Source: the human T2T-CHM13v2.0 reference genome, Homo sapiens
Reading direction: 5' to 3' (one strand)
Length of the DNA: 64,000 nt
Assembly: GCF_009914755.1 (NCBI RefSeq)
Contig: NC_060925.1
In this document: positions 59,084 through 64,000 of the stretch, piece by piece
Numbering within the stretch: the stretch's first letter is position 1
Layout: every line of letters begins with the position of its first letter
Made by a program: the position numbers and the translations under genes
The notes under the pieces: model-generated
Database searches by the model: none
What the model was told of the DNA's origin: nothing
Seen by the model: only the letters and a program-made list of their open reading frames with translations

Positions 59084-60574
59084 TCAGCGCCCTGGCTCCC
59101 CAGGCCCACCTAGACTCTGGAAGCCCCCCAGCAGGCGGATCTGCTCAGTCTGCATGGAGTGGCGTCTCACCAATTTGCGCTTGGTCCTGGGAGAGCCTGG
59201 CGCCCCGGCATAAGGAGGGGCAGGCAACGAAGGCGCCCGACCTCCGGGTTGTGGGCGAATGTCAGGGATGGGAGGGTGGGGACTGACGTTGAGAGGGGGT
59301 AGGAAACCCGGCCGCGTTTGCGAGATGTGGTCCAGGAGCAACGTCCCCGAGCCCCTCCGCTCCAGCAGCCCCGGACTCCGCCTCCTTCCGCTTAGCGGAG
59401 ATACTGCCCCTGGCAGACTCTCCTGGGACTGGCGCGGAGAGGGAGCCGAGCCGGCTGGAGGGAGGGTCAACGGGGAGGCGCTGTATCGGCGGCGCTCCAG
59501 GGACAGGCGGCTGGACTCAGGCGAGTCAGGGCAAAGGTGTCCAGGGGTGTCCAGCTCCACTGGCTCCATGCGGCTCAGTTTCTGCCTCAGCCCTGAAGGG
59601 GGACCAGACTCCTGAGCTTCTGGTGCTGTGTTTCGGCGAGAGAGAGGACCCCCGCTAGTCACTTTCTCCGCCCATGGGGGCGGGTCCTCAGGGCCTTCGG
59701 TGCTGTGACGTCGGGAAAGACGGGGTCGACCGGTCAGGGTCAGGCCATTGAATTCGGCAGTCAAGCGCTCGATCCCCGGTCTCCCTTCAGTGGGTGGGAC
59801 TGGTTGAGGAGGGGCCACTAGGCCCCAGGGCTCGGAGTTGAGCCTTTTGAGTGGTTTTGGGGGATGGCGTGGTGGTTTGGGGAGCGGCTCGGAAGGGGAT
59901 GGGTCATCGGGGGGCTTAGGAAGAGGGAATTCAAATACGTCCCGCTTCTCCTCTTCTTCCTGGGCGCGAGGGGATAACATCCCACGCCCTCCTCCTCCAG
60001 CGGTCTGCAGTTGGATTTCCGAAGGCGACGTGCAGAACCCCGGGCTAGGAGAGGCGGGAGCAGGGTCCTCCACCCCTGGGGATGGTGGAGAATTGAGATA
60101 CTGCCGGGTCTTCTTGGTGCCTGAGGGCGAGGTATCGGTGGTGATGATGATGACCTCCGTACCCTTGGCCTTGCAGGCGTCCAGCAGTGTGGCAAGGGTC
60201 TCGCGGTCCCCGCGGTCCAGGGCGTGGACAAGAGCCGAGGCGCCCGCGTGATCTCGGACTGAGGGGTCTGCGCCGTGGGCAAGGAGCAGCGAGGCCACCG
60301 CGGCGCCCCCACCCCCGGCGCAAGCGTGCATGAGCGCCGTGCGCCCTAATCGGTCTGCGATATTGGGGTCCGCGCCTTGCTCCAGGAGGTAGCGTACCAT
60401 GCGTGCCTTGTTCTGGGGGTCGTCGTAGCGGGCCCGACAGGCTGCCATTAGCGCAGTCTCCCCCTGCGCATCACCCTCATTCACGTAGGCGCCTCCCTCC
60501 AGAAGCAAACGGGCCAAGCGTAGCTTACCCTGACCCACCGCCCGAAGAAGAGCGTGGCCCTCGGTGTGCAACAT
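59084..60574 (-). CDS. ANKRD34A: Ankyrin repeat domain-containing protein 34A, single coding exon, 496 aa
   Basis: N-terminal ankyrin repeats (GETALMAAC, GRTALMHAC), Pro/Ser-rich C-terminus; acceptor at 60694. Confidence 0.96.
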   Translation of the reverse strand: MLHTEGHALLRAVGQGKLRLARLLLEGGAYVNEGDAQGETALMAACRARYDDPQNKARMVRYLLEQGADPNIADRLGRTALMHACAGGGGAAVASLLLAHGADPSVRDHAGASALVHALDRGDRETLATLLDACKAKGTEVIIITTDTSPSGTKKTRQYLNSPPSPGVEDPAPASPSPGFCTSPSEIQLQTAGGGGRGMLSPRAQEEEEKRDVFEFPLPKPPDDPSPSEPLPKPPRHPPKPLKRLNSEPWGLVAPPQPVPPTEGRPGIERLTAEFNGLTLTGRPRLSRRHSTEGPEDPPPWAEKVTSGGPLSRRNTAPEAQESGPPSGLRQKLSRMEPVELDTPGHLCPDSPESSRLSLERRRYSASPLTLPPAGSAPSPRQSQESLPGAVSPLSGRRRSPGLLERRGSGTLLLDHISQTRPGFLPPLNVSPHPPIPDIRPQPGGRAPSLPAPPYAGAPGSPRTKRKLVRRHSMQTEQIRLLGGFQSLGGPGEPGR

Positions 60575-61235
60575 AGCTGCGGCTGGGGCGAGGGCACAGA
60601 TGGAGCCGGGACTGAGACCTGCCGAGGATGACTAGGGGTATGGGGAGGGGGAGTGGCTGGCAGAGGCCTGAGGTCTCAGTGACGAAGCCGATCCCTGCAA
60701 GAGAGACATCTCATTGATAGATTCGGCAGGAAAACTGAGGCACAGATGCAGGGACCCAGCGTGGGGTGGAGGAGACCTTCACGGCATACAGTCCTTCCTC
60801 TAACTCATGCCTTTGAGCCGGCCCTTCCCCCGCAGCGCATGCCTGAGGAGGTGGGAAGGGTGCACCCGCACTGAAGGACTAGCGCGCGTGCAAATGCGTT
60901 CGTGCACGCGCAGGGATGTCCGCACCCCCACCCTCACCCCATGGCTTATCAGACCTTTCCTCTGTCCCCCTTGTCTTATCCACACTTGGGATCCCCCTTT
61001 CTAGGATGCTGAACGCCACCCACCCACATACATGCACCCTACAGTCACACATGTATTCTCATTCCTAACCTGTTTTAGCTTGCCACAACCCCAAAAATTG
61101 AGTGGGGGGAGGGAAGCAGCCTGCATTTGAGACCTAAAACGGGTGGAGGGAGAATTGGGGGGTTCTATTGCCCCTGCGATGTTCCCCATCACTCCTTGCT
61201 CTTTCCCCTCCCAGGCTGTGTGCCCAGATAGATAC

Positions 61236-61475
61236 CTGAATGTCCGCAGAATCTCCGCCTGGCCAGGATTGGGGCCGTGGCCACGGGGCAGCCGAGGTGG
61301 CGGAGCCAGTTTCCTGGGGGCCCGCATGGCGTGGGGGGGGGGCACCCGGATTCCCTTGGTGTCAGTATCTGCGCCCCGGCGCCGGATCCTGGTCCCTCCT
61401 CCCGGAGCGCCCCGGGCACAGCGCCGGCTCGGGAGGAGAGAAGCTTGGCGGGGGGGGGGGGGGGGGGGGGGGGGG
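61236..61475 (-). other. ANKRD34A: Probable non-coding 5' exon of ANKRD34A
   Basis: CAG|GTATCT donor at 61236/61235, CpG-rich, TATA/MEF2-like box at 61491-61500; 5' boundary uncertain. Confidence 0.5.
61450..61475 (+). repeat. G26 homopolymer
   Basis: Direct reading. Confidence 0.95.
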
Positions 61476-63229
61476 CGGAGCTCTGCTGTGCTATTTATAG
61501 CCTAGTCACTGCGGGTGGGGGCGTCAGGCACCAAACTGCTCCCCCACTCATGCACACATAAACCCTCAAAAACCTAGAGGCTCCAATCCTGACTTCCTTT
61601 TCTCAGCCGACCTCCCCTCAGCCCCAACAAACCTAAGTGTTCCTTAGGGGACTCCTCCGCGACCCAGACAGGGACCATCATCCAGATTCTTCGCTGAGAT
61701 TCAGCAGATCCCCATTCTCCGCACTTGGTGTGTTTGTGCGCTCCTGTGCGCCAGACCTGACCTGCCATACACGGCACATGGCACACTGTGTAAGAAAGGT
61801 GTAGAAAGGCTTTTTGGATCCACAGCCGGTGTCCATACTGTGCAAAGAGAGGCAAGAGATGTGGCTTTCTTCCTGTAGTTTAATTGTGAAGGAGATCACG
61901 GTCCAGCCTGGAGTCAGACACAGATACACCCCCGCCCCATCTCTCAAAAACGGAACACCCATCGCAGAGAAACTTGGACCTCAGCTCCCTTATGTAGACC
62001 TCTTAGATAAGTATGAGGAAGGTGGATATGGGAGCACTTTTAGATAAGGCAAGGGACATTCCAGGTGCCTCCACCCCGTATTATTGTGGGCAGGGAGATA
62101 GGACAGGGGCAGGAAGAAGAGCGAACCTTGTAATACACTCTCTCACATTGCATCTCTTTAATCTCAGTCTTGCTTAGACGTCTTATTTTTTCCATCTTGC
62201 TTGACGATCTCTGTCTGAAACATTCCTTATATCTTCTCTCTTCCTATCTGTCTATTGGTCTCTCACACTGTCTCTGCCTCTCCTTGCCACCTGCCCTGTC
62301 TCCATGGTTACCATAGCTTCCATCCACATATTTTAGGAATGAGTTTGTGTCCAGCTGGAAGGCACCAAGGGAAGTGGGAGAAAAAGAAAAATCCTAAGGA
62401 TTTAAAAAGTTCACTCAGGGTCCTGAGCTAATTCAGAGGCTGGAGGCCCCCCAGATGCAAGATACTGAAAATAATGTTCCCGGGGATGGGAGAGAGAGAG
62501 AAATATTTGCAGGAAGCTACCCATTTTTACTAGTTATTTCTTGGACACGTGTCAACTATGTGCCATGTGCTTTACATACACTATTTTCAATCCTCACAAC
62601 TTTATAAGATAGGAACTATCATCTTCTTGTTACAGATGAGGAAACAGACTTAATAAGGTTAAGCAAGCTCTCCAAAGCTTCACAGCTATGTTTCTGTCCT
62701 ATGGCAAAGACTGGGAGCTTGCCACTACACCTACAGCCTCCCAGTCTACAGGCCATTTTCTCTGACATCTGGGATGTTCTTCTTGACTAACTCCTAGATT
62801 TCATCTCCATTCTGAACCTTTCTCCCTTGTTTCTGCTTTCTGTGAAAATAGGACTCCTCCTTCCACTCTGCTGGCTTTCCCAAGGAGCTCGCAGGAAGTG
62901 GAAAGTAGTGGAAAATGCAGAAAAAGCTGGGCTCCTGCCCTGTCTCCCCAACCCTGGTACGCTGATCCCAAATCCTTCCTTTCTTGAACCCTCTGCCCAC
63001 CTTCTCACAGACACGGCAGCAACCCACAGAAAAACATTTTTAGAAAAGAAGTATCCATTGGTGGTGCTGGAGAGAGGCAGTGTATGATTGAAAGGAAGGC
63101 TGGAGTAATGGAGAGACCAAGCTATGAAGCTAGAGTCACAAAAAGACTGATCCCTAAAGAGCAGCTTTTACAGAGGTTCATTTCTCCGTAGGCCCTCTCC
63201 TCCTTTGGCCTCTCTGTAGGGGCTCCCTC

Positions 63230-63670
63230 AACACGGTCCCTCGATGAGATATGAGTGTCACGTTCCCTCGGTGAACTCTCGCCGGCTAGTGGCTCCTTCA
63301 TCTGGAGTGAGACCGGAAATAAGTGACCCCAGCTGATTCTGCAACGCCCATCTCTCTCTGCGACCCGCTTCGCAAGCTTCGGTTCCGGGCGTACTCGCTC
63401 CCTCCCTCCTTCTCTTCCTAGGCTTCAAGAGGGCGGACTTCCCTCCTCGGCTTCTCCTGCATTGGCCGAGAAAACTCACCAATAGGGAGCTCCGGGAGGC
63501 GGGCTTAGAACGCCACCGACTTGAGGAAGCCCAGTACATTTCAAGTTGGTCGCGGCTTGGGCTCCGCTTTGGGGAGGGGCAGCAGGTAAGGCTTGACCTG
63601 GTTCGGTCCGACACTTGCCAAACTTGTTCACCCCGGCCAGGCTGCGAAATAGACAACGCTTTCCGTCAGG
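63230..63670. promoter_or_regulatory. Bidirectional CpG promoter; plus-strand first exon ending at 63585 (probably POLR3GL), minus-strand distal ANKRD34A start
   Basis: Opposed CCAAT boxes (~63462, ~63479), GC boxes, CAG|GTAAG donor at 63585/63586; POLR3GL identity comes from recalled gene order only, no coding sequence in window. Confidence 0.6.
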
Positions 63671-64000
63671 TTGTTGGATCAGCCCCCTTCTGGCTCCCTA
63701 CCGTTTCTCCCCTGGGCTTCCATTTCTGTATTGATTGTATACTAGAGAATGGCAGTTTTCTATCGCGCATGGGGAGAGACATTAAAGCAGAAAACGAGAC
63801 AGCCTCTTGTATCTGTCTTTGCTATAGCATCAACTTCCCCCTAATCTATTAATATTATCCCAAGAGCCTGACAAACTCCTGTTATCTATGAAGACTAGCT
63901 GAAATGCTACCTGTAGTTTTCCTGGGCCGCCTTTCTTGCAAAATGAATTGTTCCCCCGTCTACGATAGCGTTTTGTATATACCTTTATTAGGACACTTAG

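Noticed and set aside
59259-60323. Overlapping alternative and antisense ORFs within ANKRD34A
   Set aside because: Expected from GC-rich, stop-poor coding sequence; no recognisable domains

Overview
Human (hominoid) genomic DNA, recognisably the gene-dense, Alu-rich proximal 1q21.1 (TAR-syndrome) interval. It holds five protein-coding genes on the minus strand: ITGA10 (coding exons 1-12, running off the left edge), PEX11B (4 exons, 259 aa), RBM8A/Y14 (6 exons, 174 aa), LIX1L (6 exons, 337 aa) and ANKRD34A (one coding exon, 496 aa). The GNRHR2 pseudogene lies on the plus strand, with a 1-nt frameshift in exon 1 and an in-frame TGA in exon 2. It sits head-to-head with PEX11B and overlaps the RBM8A 3'UTR in antisense. 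A bidirectional CpG-island promoter with a probable POLR3GL first exon is at the right edge. Exon boundaries were read from GT-AG sites and checked by phase and summed length. Repeats include about 50 Alus, a 5'-truncated L1PA3-like insertion with TSD, a HERV-K(HML-2) solo LTR, MLT1/MER/L2/MIR relics, and micro- and minisatellites. Repeat boundaries and subfamilies are by eye and approximate. I found no clear new multi-gene system. The most unusual observations are: (i) a 41-nt ERV1-LTR-like hairpin retrocopy with A-tail and TSD, possibly a fossil of a TAR-like short LTR transcript; (ii) a possible two-step rescue route for GNRHR2, by upstream near-cognate start plus an in-frame cryptic acceptor that skips the TGA; (iii) serial Alu insertion into identical target sites; (iv) a 35-bp templated duplication.
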